Shown: in pieces, positions 12,770-23,376 of the stretch
How positions within the stretch are numbered: the stretch's first letter is position 1
Layout: every line of letters starts with the position of its first letter
From: Octopus vulgaris
Taxonomy: Eukaryota
Direction: 5' to 3'
Length of the DNA stretch: 64,000 bases
Assembly (NCBI GenBank): GCA_951406725.2
Contig: OX597828.1
Location: 38,254,001-38,318,000, forward strand
Made by a program: the position numbers and the translations under genes
The notes under the pieces: model-generated
The model's database searches: none
What the model was told of the DNA's origin: nothing
What the model saw: the letters and a program-made list of their open reading frames with translations, nothing else

Positions 12770-13245
12770 TAATGTATTGTCATGGCATATTTGTTTACAT
12801 TTTCCAAATATGGCCTCCAGTCATGAAGAGGGCTATGCTCCCCAAATTGAAATATACGAAGTGACCTTTCCTCCTCTCCTGCATTACGAAAATGAGGTGG
12901 AGAACCAAGGACTTGCAGCCCACAGACTATTTCCAACGCTACCACAACCAGGAATACAACTGTAAATCTCAAAGACAAAGTTATTAAGCCTAACAGTCGT
13001 AGTTTCGTAGCTGTAGCTAAAGTACAACAAGAGCAACTAAATATAAATCTTGAAGGTTTGAAAATGTTCAAACATCTAATTGAGAAAATTGGCACAAATC
13101 TCTCTTTAACACCCACTAGTATAATCTCACAGCTCGTCTCACGACGAACCGTAATTTATAAAACACTATCACTAAAAGACAAAACAATTGACCACATACC
13201 AAAAGGAACTTGTCGAAAAATGTCTGCAGCCTATCTGGAATAAAA
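12770..13245 (+). pseudogene. Frameshifted ORF fragment downstream of H2, possibly a PLE N-terminal region
   Basis: Coding-like, Lys-rich sequence (LKDKVIKPNSRSFVAVAKVQQEQLNINLEGLKMFKHL) 200 bp after the hammerhead. No diagnostic motif was recognised. Confidence 0.3.
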
Positions 13246-13259
13246 TTGAATAAGTGAAA

Positions 13260-13790
13260 ATACGTGACTAGTTGGAAAAGATATGGCGCCGTGGATGCAA
13301 GTTTCGGAAGACGAAACGAAAGTACACGCCACAATGCTCCTAAAATCGGACGAACTGGTACTCTTGCCGACGTACCTAGGACAGCGAGTATCAAAAGTAA
13401 AGATTAGAGAGGTACCCCCTGAGATTGACGTCCTTTGGGTGGTAGCGGCCGTCATACATAACGGGGAAAACTTCGATATACTACAGATAAATAAACTACA
13501 CCAACAAAACTGGTGTGGACAGGGTCTGGAGCTTTTAATCCAAGCAAATCAGAAGACCCCATGAAAGCATTCCGGGCATAATCCAATTACCCGTAGGAGC
13601 AAAATTGCATGTAACGGTGGAGGAGTGCAAACCGAGATGCTGTCTTTGAAGGCGGAGGGACAACCTCAAAGTCCTTTGCCTACTGAGGACAAGCGAGAAA
13701 CGCCCCCTCCAGCAAAAGAGACTCCACAACAGCACTTAGAGCAGCAAATGCAGGCTGCACCAAAAGCAACTCCACCACCATCCAAAGCAG
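13260..13790 (+). mobile_element. LINE ORF1 (gag-like) fragment, probably Tx1/L1-like
   Basis: LLPTYLGQRVSKVKIREVPPEID... then LHVTVE followed by a decayed Cys/His knuckle-like region and a Pro-rich tail. Frameshifted. Confidence 0.5.
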
Positions 13791-14319
13791 AGACTAAACA
13801 TAGAGGGGACAAACAAAGAGATTAAGTCGATTACATCGACCCCAGTGCGCAACTGGTACTTATTTAATCGACCCCGAAAAAATGAACGGCTAAGTAGACC
13901 TCGGCGGAATTTGAACTCAGAACGTAGCGGCAGACGAAATACCGCTAAGCATTTCGCCCAGCGTGTTATCGATTCTGCCAGCTCGCCGCTTTCTAAACGA
14001 CTTAAGGTCACTGGATTTGGACGTAAAAAAATTGGATAAAAGTTGTACGAACGGTTTGAACCAATGGGCCTAATTTGGGCTTAAACTTTTAGGATTGTAC
14101 CCTAGTGGTAAGGTTGCCTTGTGGCTTGTGGGGTTTCCACGACCAACCCAGAATACTCCCCCTTTTGGGTACCACTGTTCTTTAATATATGTTTACACTT
14201 GCAATTTCTAGCTGTTTACCGTTTTTAAAACTGTCTCCAGGATTCTATGTATGACCCCCACCTTGTCGGTTCTGTATTGTCCCTCTATGTCGGACCCTAG
14301 TGGCTAATAAAGAATTAAA

Positions 14320-14582
14320 TTTCTTACCGAACATCCAAACAGATGATTTGTTTATAGTGATCAAATGTTTGTGTAAACATAACCTCACTCTCTCCATCAA
14401 ATTGACACTACCTGTACAGGTGCAACTGGGTGTCACATGTCAGATGTCGAAGTGATCGCAGAGCAACGTGAAATGAAGTGCTTTGCTCAAGAACACAACG
14501 CAAAGCCCCCGGTCTGGGAATCGAACCCACGATCTCGCATTCGTGAGTGCAGCACTCTAATCACTAAGCCATGTGCCTTCAC
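14320..14582 (-). mobile_element. tRNA-headed SINE with Meta/V-like core, third tail type
   Basis: Minus strand gaaggcacatggcttagtgattagagtg, ggttcgattccc, then gttcttgagcaaagcacttcatttcacgttgctc. Confidence 0.75.
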
Positions 14583-14690
14583 ACACACACACACACGTAT
14601 ATATGAACTTTACTCGTTATATTTTGATTAGTCTAATGGAAGCGTTTAATCCCGGGGCATGCTCTACAGCCAAAGCAGAAATTTGTTAGG

Positions 14691-14758
<68 letters not shown>

Positions 14759-14983
14759 CGTGCGTGTGTGATGGCATTTGTGTTCTTTATATGGATTTAT
14801 TACGGTTTCACTTTTCTCTTCATTTGAACTCACATGGTCATTCGTCATAGTTATTAATTATTAGTCTCTAATTAGTGATTGCATTTTTCGTTGAGGTATG
14901 TAAGGCGTACGTATGTCCATTTGCGATATGTCTTTATATATATATTCATGTGTGTGTGCATTTGCGCGCCCACACACACACAA

Positions 14984-15145
<162 letters not shown>

Positions 15146-15647
15146 GACCAAAACACTAAACAGATTATTCAGATAAATAAAATAAGAACCGCTACCGGCC
15201 ATAAACGTAAAGTTCGGAGCAATGTCTTAGACTGTAGTGCAAGCTACTTAAAATAATTAATCCTTTGCTGAATAATAAGCATTTATTGAATGTGAAATAT
15301 TTACTGGAGCTGGGCTTGGGTCAAATAGCAACCAAACCACCTTAAAATTGAATTCCAGTATGTTTCTACCTTAAATCCCCTCTACATACTCAAATAAGAA
15401 AAGAAGACATTGAAAAGTGTAGTTCTAGGTATTTACGGGTTGTTCACTTCTGGATTGTCTATGAAATAGATTTACTCGTTCGGAAATTTTCTGAAGCCGC
15501 ACATCAACTGTAAGGTTAATTTAGCACTCATATTTAAAATATTGAGCGTCAACAATGTAAGTAAATATATTTATGCCATGAGTAAAATACTGCATTAGGT
15601 CAATGTCTAATATAAGTTCTATAATTCCGGAACTGCGGGAGATAACT

Positions 15648-15684
15648 CTGGACATGTTTGAGTCTTCTTAGACCCCCTCAGCAA
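15648..15684 (-). ncRNA. Degenerate hammerhead (H3) at the 3' end of the PLE relic
   Basis: Minus strand: uug CUGAGGG ggucu aaga agacu c AAA caug UC cag. Palindromic ACAUGU stem III is retained, but A9 and G12 are mutated or lost. Confidence 0.6.
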
Positions 15685-15689
15685 GACAT

Positions 15690-16780
15690 TCCCATTCACT
15701 GTGCAAACTAACGAAATGATGAAAACACTGCTAAGTACATGTACAACAGTGAATCGAACAGACGTGAATCGAAGACTCCTCCATCAGTGTAGAGATTTGA
15801 TCAAGGTTACAAGTTGATGAATGCTGAAGTTGAAGGATTTGCCTTTTTCAGCTTCAAACTTCGGGACATAGATAACATCTACAAGAAATACTATAACTAG
15901 TAGGGCTGAATATATAACTAATCGTTCTTTTGAAGTCACTGGTAACCAGTTCTTCTTTGTAGTACGGGGCCGCGGCATCAAAGTTCTTATTTGACGATTC
16001 TTTTGCTAACCTCTTCTACCAGTTGTTGTTTTTTTTCAAACCTATTCCTCGGTGGTAGAAAGCTATATTGATATATGTCATCCCTCTCGTTTGGTTTCCG
16101 AAAGGGGTTATAAGTAGCAGCATCTGGGTTTTATGTCACATCCAGGAAATCAACAGCTTTCAGGATAGTTTCTATTGTAACTCTGAGCTCAAGAGAATTA
16201 AGGGCGTGCATGAAGTTTGTCATGAGCCTATCGAGTCTACGGCTATTAGCCCTCTTAATGACGCCAAGGCACCGGCCCTATATAACCCAACGCTCGTTGA
16301 GAGGAATTTCTTAATAAGCATATTTAGAATTAAAAAAGAAACCTATAAGGTCACGTACTTAGCTCTTTCAAATGCTCCCAAAGTCACATCGAAAGAGACT
16401 TCGGGGTCAGTTTGTTTAGCACAGAACAAAACCTTATCGAATAATTGGGTTTTCCTGGCGCGCATCATGATGTTTATGCTCTCATTGCTAATTTCGCTAA
16501 AACACCTGGCGAAACCGAACGGTTTATATAACAAATCCCACGTTATAGAGGGATAAAAATTCCACAATGACGAATTGGGCGATCTGTTCTCTACATTTGT
16601 TGCTGCTACTGCTGCTGTTGATTTCAAACCATAAGATAACATCATTAGTGCTATGTTTTAGGGAAATTCACGCACCTCCCCTAATATTGCATACCAAAAC
16701 CGATCTCTGATTTCACCGGGTAATAAGCCAACATTTTGGTTTGAAAGCAAAGTTAAATTTGTGGACCACAAACTTAAATA
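15690..16780 (-). mobile_element. Penelope-like element reverse transcriptase relic
   Basis: Minus-strand peptides FKPKCWLI, NFYPSITWDLL...INIMMRARKTQLF, FDVTLGAFERA and VGLYRAGALA match PLE RT motifs FYPSI, FDVTMGSxDGAE and GLYRDDGL. Many frameshifts. The 5' end abuts (TA)n. Confidence 0.8.
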
Positions 16781-16863
16781 CTAATATATATATATATATA
16801 AGGCAGACAAAAAGATAACAAAGCCAAGACCGTGAGGAGTTTTCAGGAAAAGGTATGGATATG

Positions 16864-16911
16864 GTCTTACACTTGTTTCTGGTATATTATGGATATCCCT
16901 TCATCAGGGAC
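16864..16911 (-). ncRNA. Hammerhead H4a (left arm copy)
   Basis: Minus strand: gucc CUGAUGA a gg gauauccauaauaua cc a GAAA caagug UA agac. The stem I closing pair is mismatched. Confidence 0.65.
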
Positions 16912-17037
16912 GATGTGAGATGGTTAAATCGAGATGAATATTCGAGTTCGAAATAAAGAAATTAGTATAGATTCCTTTTCCATAATAATTCCTTATTTCG
17001 AACTCAAATATTTACCTCGATTTAACCATCTCACATC

Positions 17038-17085
17038 GTCTCTGATGAAGGAGCATCCGTAATATACCAGAAACAAGTGTAAGAC
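17038..17085 (+). ncRNA. Hammerhead H4b (right arm copy)
   Basis: gucu CUGAUGA a gg agcauccguaauaua cc a GAAA ca ag ug UA agac. Stem I has 4 bp and stem II is weak. Confidence 0.75.
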
Positions 17086-17203
17086 TATATCCATACCTTT
17101 TTCCTTATAAATGTTCTGAAAACTCATCACAGTCTTGGCTTTGTTATCGCATTTTGTCTTATATATATATTGATCAAAATAAAAACATGATGCCAAGGAT
17201 TCA

Positions 17204-17281
17204 GCGGTACATATGTTTCGGACCTTTATTAGACAGATTTATAACAATGCATAATGTATGTCTGTGGCCTTCTTCAGCCGC
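17204..17281 (-). ncRNA. Type I hammerhead ribozyme (H5)
   Basis: Minus strand: gcgg CUGAAGA a ggcc acaga...ucugu cuaauaaa ggucc GAAA cauaug UA ccgc. Stem III ACAUAUGU is perfectly palindromic. Confidence 0.87.
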
Positions 17282-17569
17282 GCACAACAGCTTCCACAAG
17301 GACATGTGTTACATCAAAAATTCTTGGTTGGGGATGCAAATCCGGATTTGTATCGATTTGTATCGTCTTCTAAGAGTTATACGTTCTTGTCCATGTTGTA
17401 TTTTTCTACATACCTTTATATATATATATATATATATATGCATGCTAATACAACAACCACATTAGACTCCTCACTCGTATCACTATCGAATCAAGAGTTT
17501 AACTATGGTCTATCCATAGCACTTACTTAGTGTTACCTGCCCCTCTTTGGGTCTTCTAAATACCAATAC

Positions 17570-17602
<33 letters not shown>

Positions 17603-17820
17603 GACAGAGAAATAGTTTGATGAAGTTTTATTTAATAATAAGAACATTCTAATGTCACAACGAATTGTTGTAAAAAAAACACGTGCTGTATCACAGGATA
17701 CATGGCACATCTTGTATCGTATTCTATACTCTGTAAGTTTTGTAGAAATATGCATTAAGGACCTATTTATGTGAATATTAACGGATTAATTGAATCTATA
17801 TATTGTCGCTTAAATTTATA

Positions 17821-17923
<103 letters not shown>

Positions 17924-18154
17924 ATATCTTTAAGGAACTGACTGCCGACCCCGAAGCGGGACTTAAATGTATAGGCACAGGCATGACTGTGTGGTAAGAA
18001 GCTTTCTTCCCAACCACATGCTTCCGGGTTCAGTTCCACTGTGTGGCGCCTTGGGTAAGAGTCTGCTACTATAGCCTCAGGCCGACCAAAACCTTGTGAG
18101 TGGATTTGCTAGACGGAAACTGATAGAAGCCTGTCGTGTGTGTATATATATGTG

Positions 18155-18186
<32 letters not shown>

Positions 18187-18397
18187 CGAGCGTGTGTGTG
18201 TCTTTGTGTCTATATTTGTCCCGTCACCATTGCTTGACAACTAATGTTTGTGTGTTTACGTCCCGTAACTTAGCGGTTCGGCAAAATTGACCGATAGAAT
18301 AAGTCCTCGCGCAGATTTCTTCGACTAAAGAGCCCTTTCAGGCGGATTCCAGGATGACCGCAGTCAAATGACAATTAAAAAAAAAACAAAATAATAA

Positions 18398-18890
18398 ATG
18401 AATGTGTGTGTATGTGTGTGTCTGTGTGTGTGTGGTGTGTGCGTATGTGTGTGTGTCTGTGTCCGTGTGTGTGCGTATGTACGTGTGCGTATGTGTGTGT
18501 GCGTATGTGTGTGTGCGTATGTGTGTGTGTCTGTGTCCGTGTGTGCGCATGCGTGTGTGTCTATTTCTGTGTCCTTGTGTGTACGTATGTGTGTGTGTGT
18601 CTGTGTGTGTGCGCATGTGCCTGTGTGTCTGTGTCTGTGTCCGCGTGTGCGTGTTTTTGTGGGTCTGTGTCTGTGCTGTACGTATGTGTGTGTGTCTGTG
18701 TGTGTGTGTATGTGTGTGTGTGTATGTGTGTGTCTGTGTTTGTGTCCGTGTGTGTGCGTATGTATCTGTGAGAGTGTGTGTGCGTATGTGTGTGTGTGTC
18801 TGTATCTGTGTCCGTGTGCGTATGTATTTGTGTCCGTGTGCGTATGTATGCGTGTTTGTGTGTCTGTGCGCACGCATGTCTGTGTGTGTC
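18398..18890. repeat. Compound TG-derived minisatellite
   Basis: Recurring higher-order unit gtgtgcgtatgtgtgtgtgtctgtgtcc. Similar degenerate TG tracts at 25786-25966, 49335-49650 and 54669-55022. Confidence 0.9.
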
Positions 18891-19794
18891 TTACAATTAT
18901 GCTGTATGGCAGGGTATATAGCACACCCAGTGCTCTTGTTTGTGATGCCCTACTTAGAAGCTACATGATCTTGAATATATACCGCCAGAACTTTTATTCA
19001 CGCTTTGCAAATATGAAACACGGTGTTAACAACGATAAAACCTGAATAATAGAATGCGTATATTTTGTGAAACTTGGTGAAAAAATGTCTTGAGTAACAA
19101 AGGCTTTTTTGTTGTGTTTTTTTTTTGTTATTTCTATTGCTATGGATAGTATTGTTGTTTAACCCTAGGAGAGCACCCACTGAGCAGGATGTATTCTGCT
19201 GGAGGCTATCCCACTTTGCAAATATTGTGTCTTAAAGACGTGGTGAGATTTGAAGGAATTTGGCATAAGCCACGTTACGGTTTCTGCACAAACTGTGACA
19301 AAAGCGGGAAAAATCACGTGGGACAAGCTTTCACAAATATGTTATTAGTTTCGCGCTTTAAAACGAAAGACATTGAGTCTTTGACATTTCGAACATAGCA
19401 TTCTCTATAAGACAAAAAGAAAGCAAAAGAGAAGAAAAACAAAAAGAAAGGTGGTGGAAAAGAGGGAGAGAAAAAATGTTAAGAGCGTGGAAGAGATGAG
19501 AATGATTTAAGAAGAATGGAAAAGGCTGGGAGTTGACGGAAAGTGCGGATGTTAGACATAGTGAGGGTGAGAGGGAGGAAGTCTGAGGAGAAGAAATGAA
19601 AAGGAAAAGAAAAAGAGAAAAGAAGGAGGGAGAGGAGAAAGAAAAAGAGAAAGGTGGTCGTGGGAGATTGAATACGAAGTAGAAAGCAAAGGAAAATGAG
19701 AGCAGTAAGAGTTAGAATTATGTGTTTGGGTGTGCGCATATATACATGCATGCATACATGGATACATATATGCATACATACAAGCATATATACA

Positions 19795-20315
19795 TGGTGG
19801 CTGTCTACTCCTTATGCAGAGTGTGACCAACTCTTGTACTTATACTTCAGATCCATCATGGCGTCTGATGTGGCTTTTTGAACCAGACAATGTATTGAAA
19901 AGACTCCCACATAGATCGCATATCTGATTTGGAGCACCAAGAGCTGTAGTTAAGCTCCGATATTTGTGGATCTTTAAATGTCTCTTGAGGCCTCTGTTAG
20001 ATTTGTAGACCTTATGGCATACACGGTATTGAAAGGTGTGCACAGATATATAGGCACAGGAGTTGGTGGAGGTTCGTTTTTCTTGGATATGCAAATTAGA
20101 TTTGAGCCCAGCAAAAGAAGCGAAGGGCCTGTTACAAACTGTGCACACATAAAGGTCACTGGGGTTCACCTTTCCGATCGCAAGATTCTTCTTTACATCT
20201 CACTTCAGACTTACATGTATCATCCTGGCCTCCTCAAAAGCTTTCACCTCACTCCGCACTTTTGTTCGTCACCCAGCTCGATCCAAATTCAAAACAAAGG
20301 TCTTTATACCACTCA
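19795..20315 (-). mobile_element. RTE-clade LINE 3' end with three C2H2-like fingers
   Basis: LDRAG*RTKVRSEVKAFEEAR (RTE DRxxWR...FE motif) runs into CTVC...LHI, YRVC...HLKIH and CDLC...HIRRH, followed by a (TATG)n-like tail. Confidence 0.7.
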
Positions 20316-20317
20316 TT

Positions 20318-20555
20318 AGGGAACCCTTATATTCTGACGATTGTGATCTGGTCAGTGACGCTGAAACGGGCTTGCAATCTCTTGTATCTGTATTTGACTC
20401 AGCTTGTGATGATTTTTGCTTGACCATCAACTTGAAAAAGAAAACAAAGCAGTTGTGATGTACCAATCTCCACGTGATGTTGTTTGCAACCCCACTAAAA
20501 ATTTCGTTAAGAGTAAGTTGCCTGAGTTTGCTGACTCTTTCATCCACCATGGAAG
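20318..20555 (+). mobile_element. RTE RT-core fragment, inverted relative to the adjacent 3' end
   Basis: LYSDDCDLV...[27 protein letters not shown] matches the RTE motif YADD...F...GLxINxxKTK. Confidence 0.75.
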
Positions 20556-20810
20556 CATTATACATACATACATACATACATAAACATGGAGAGCTAACAT
20601 GAAATCGAGAGAATCTCTATATAGAAAACAATAGCGCCAGAAAGATTTGAACTTACATTCCGAAAACTTTATCGAGGACCAAATTAACGGGGTAAATATG
20701 GGGAATATAGGGAGACAATGATCCAAATTAACAGATAAAACTCTTTGGGTTTGATGTACAGAACGTATATACATATATATATATATATACACACATATAT
20801 ATATACATAT

Positions 20811-20996
<186 letters not shown>

Positions 20997-21036
20997 GTGC
21001 AAGATTTTTTTATGTGAAATCGTGTTGAAACAGATA

Positions 21037-21389
21037 TTGTTGTATTTAGGAATGGTCATTTTGCCAGTTTAGCCAATAAAAACACACGCACTATATATTT
21101 GATGTTACTTTGCTTCAATGTTATTTATTTTCACGGGTTTACAAATGAGATTTGAGCCCAGCAAAAGAAGCGCAGGGCCATTTTACAAACTGTGCACACA
21201 TAATGTAGCCCTCAGTGGTATAGTATCTCATACTAGACACATAATGTTGCGATCGAAAGAACTCTGGCCGAAATAAGATTAAGTTTAATGTAAAAAATAA
21301 ATAACACTGAAGCAAAGTAACACCAAATATATAGTGCGTGTGTTTTTATTGGCTAAACTGGCAAAATGACCATTCCGAAATACAACAAA
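21037..21389. repeat. Inverted repeat, ~95-bp arms, ~165-bp spacer, between TA/TG tracts
   Basis: ttgttgtatttaggaatggtcattttgccag...gttatttattt versus aaataaataacactg...ctggcaaaatgaccattccgaaatacaacaa. A third partial copy lies at ~21398-21440. Confidence 0.92.
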
Positions 21390-21612
21390 TACATATATAT
21401 ATATTTGGTGTTACTTTGCTTCAGTGTTATTTTTTACATTATATATATATATAGACATATATATATATGTACGGATAACGAACAGAGTCAACAACTATTG
21501 AAAAGGTTGCAAGACACAACGAAAATTTTAGGAAAAAGTAAATGAGTGGAAACTTTACCGGTACGTGTGTTAATTAATAAGGCACTAAAAGAGAATGATT
21601 CTCCCCAGACAA

Positions 21613-21672
<60 letters not shown>

Positions 21673-21747
21673 CTATAGATACATGTGTGTGTGTGTGTAT
21701 GTGTGTGTATGTGTGTATATGTGTGTGTGTGTATATATACATACAGA

Positions 21748-21989
21748 CACCCTGCGCTACACTTTCACCACAACTTTCTCTCAATCTTTCTTCCTATTTC
21801 TGTTGTAACTCTATTTCAAAGAGCCAGCCTTGTCACTCTCTGTGTCACGCTGAATCTCCCCCGAGACGTACGTTAAGGGTACACGTGTCTGTGGAGTGCT
21901 CAGCCACTTACACGTTAATTTCACGAGCAAACAGTTCCGTTGGTCATATCAGCTGGGACCCTCGTCGTCGTAACCGACGGAGTTCCACA

Positions 21990-21990
<1 letters not shown>
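21748..21990 (+). mobile_element. Headless SINE family C with tail 'Y'
   Basis: ctttcaccacaactttctctc...gggtacacgtgtctgtggagtgctcagccac...ccctcgtcgtcgtaaccgacggagt matches 35560-35925 and 56275-56660(-). Confidence 0.8.
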
Positions 21991-22049
<59 letters not shown>

Positions 22050-22287
22050 GTGTGTGCTGTTTCTTATCTGGAGGGTCTATTATTATTTTGCAGTGTATTA
22101 TGTAGCCTTCAGTGATATGGCATCTCATACTAGACAGATTAAAGGATTGAGACAAGACTAATATGGGCCATCTCTTACCAGACGGGTTTGCGTAGTCTCA
22201 CTGCCCCTATTTACAGAAGAATCTAAGATACTGAAGCGTTGATAACAATTCAAAACCAACAAGACTTATTATAGGAAGCAAAAAACA

Positions 22288-22759
22288 CAGGGTGTTCGAA
22301 AAGTCTCTCCGCGGTGAGTATTTTATTGCAAAATAAATATTTATAAGATGGTATAAAACTACAAAAGAATATATTAGACTTTAATACAAGACTTTAAAAA
22401 AACTTTATGTGTCGTCCTTCATTTTCAATATATAAGTTGACTATTCTACACATTCTATTGTGTCTGGGGAGAGTCATTTTCTTTTGGTGCCTTATAATTT
22501 AACACACTCACCGGTAAAGTTTTTTTTTTTTTTTTTTTATTTTATCTTCTATTAAAAAATTTTTAAAATTAAAAAAGAAATAAGTGGAAATTTTACCGAT
22601 GTGAGTGTTAAATTATAAGGCACTAAAAGAGTATGACTCTCCCCAGAAACAACAGAATATGCTTCAACCCACGAACTCACATAAAGGATCTTCTATACAT
22701 GTTTTGATGAAAAACAGGATGAAAAAAATTCAATGCAGTGAGATATTTTGAACACTCTG
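22288..22759. mobile_element. Tc1/mariner-type MITE containing a palindrome (22452-22660)
   Basis: TIRs cagggtgttcgaaaagtctc / gagatattttgaacactctg followed by TA. The internal inverted repeat belongs to the same family as 36465-36728 and 21490-21615. Confidence 0.65.
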
Positions 22760-22904
22760 TATAACTCCGTGTCAAGGGCAGTGAAGAAAAGTCGTCAACG
22801 GCTTATGTTCTATAAGGAGTGAAATTGCAAATGTAAAGGACTGAGGGACGATAAATGTGGCGGGAAATATGCAGCCCTTCTCGTAGACAATTTTGTGACC
22901 AAGG

Positions 22905-23376
22905 GTAACAACACATTTATATAGAGTCTAGAAGCTGGCTACCCGCATGGTTCTTGGTCTCAAGCATTTGTCTTATGAAGAAAGGCTGAAGACGCTCGAC
23001 CTTTATTCTCTCGAAAAATGACGACGCCTTGGTGATCTCATTCTCGCTCATAACATCATAAGCGGAAAGTGTAACCTCTCGAAAGAGCTGTTCTTCACTC
23101 CTGCTCCGGAGCGTGGGCTGCAGGGTCACTCTAAAAAGCTCTATCTACGACGATTTCATCTCAATCGAAGGAGAGGGGCTTTCTCCATCCGGGTTGCGGA
23201 TCCGTGGAATAAGCTACCAGACGAGATAGTGAAGATGCCGACAACCGCTCTGTTCAAAGTCTCTCTCGACCAAAAATGGCCTAAACTCTTTGTATGACCA
23301 CCCTCCCTGTACATAACTCCCTGTCCCCCTACATGGCCTTGCTTTTGCTTTTTGAGCCAATAAAAATTGAATTGAA
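22905..23376 (+). mobile_element. CR1/L2-type LINE 3' end
   Basis: KLATRMVLGLKHLSYEERLKTLDLYSLEK*RRLGDLILAH...GHSKKL...FSIRVADPWNKLP, then a short 3' UTR and an (aattg)n tail. Confidence 0.88.

Larger units (their letters stand above)
16800..17165. repeat. Palindrome with ~165-180-bp arms between two (TA)n tracts, one hammerhead per arm
   Basis: agacaaaaagataacaaagccaagac...gaaataaagaaatta versus taattccttatttc...gtcttggctttgttatcgcattttgtct, with a ~22-bp spacer. Confidence 0.92.

Noticed and set aside
19840-20169. Host C2H2 zinc-finger gene
   Set aside because: It is continuous with an RTE C-terminal motif, lacks TGEKP linkers, and has degenerate Cys/His residues and upstream stops.
20333-20372. 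CTGACGA...GAAAC hammerhead-like string
   Set aside because: No stem I, II or III pairing. CTGACGA is explained by the codons of the RT motif YSDD.
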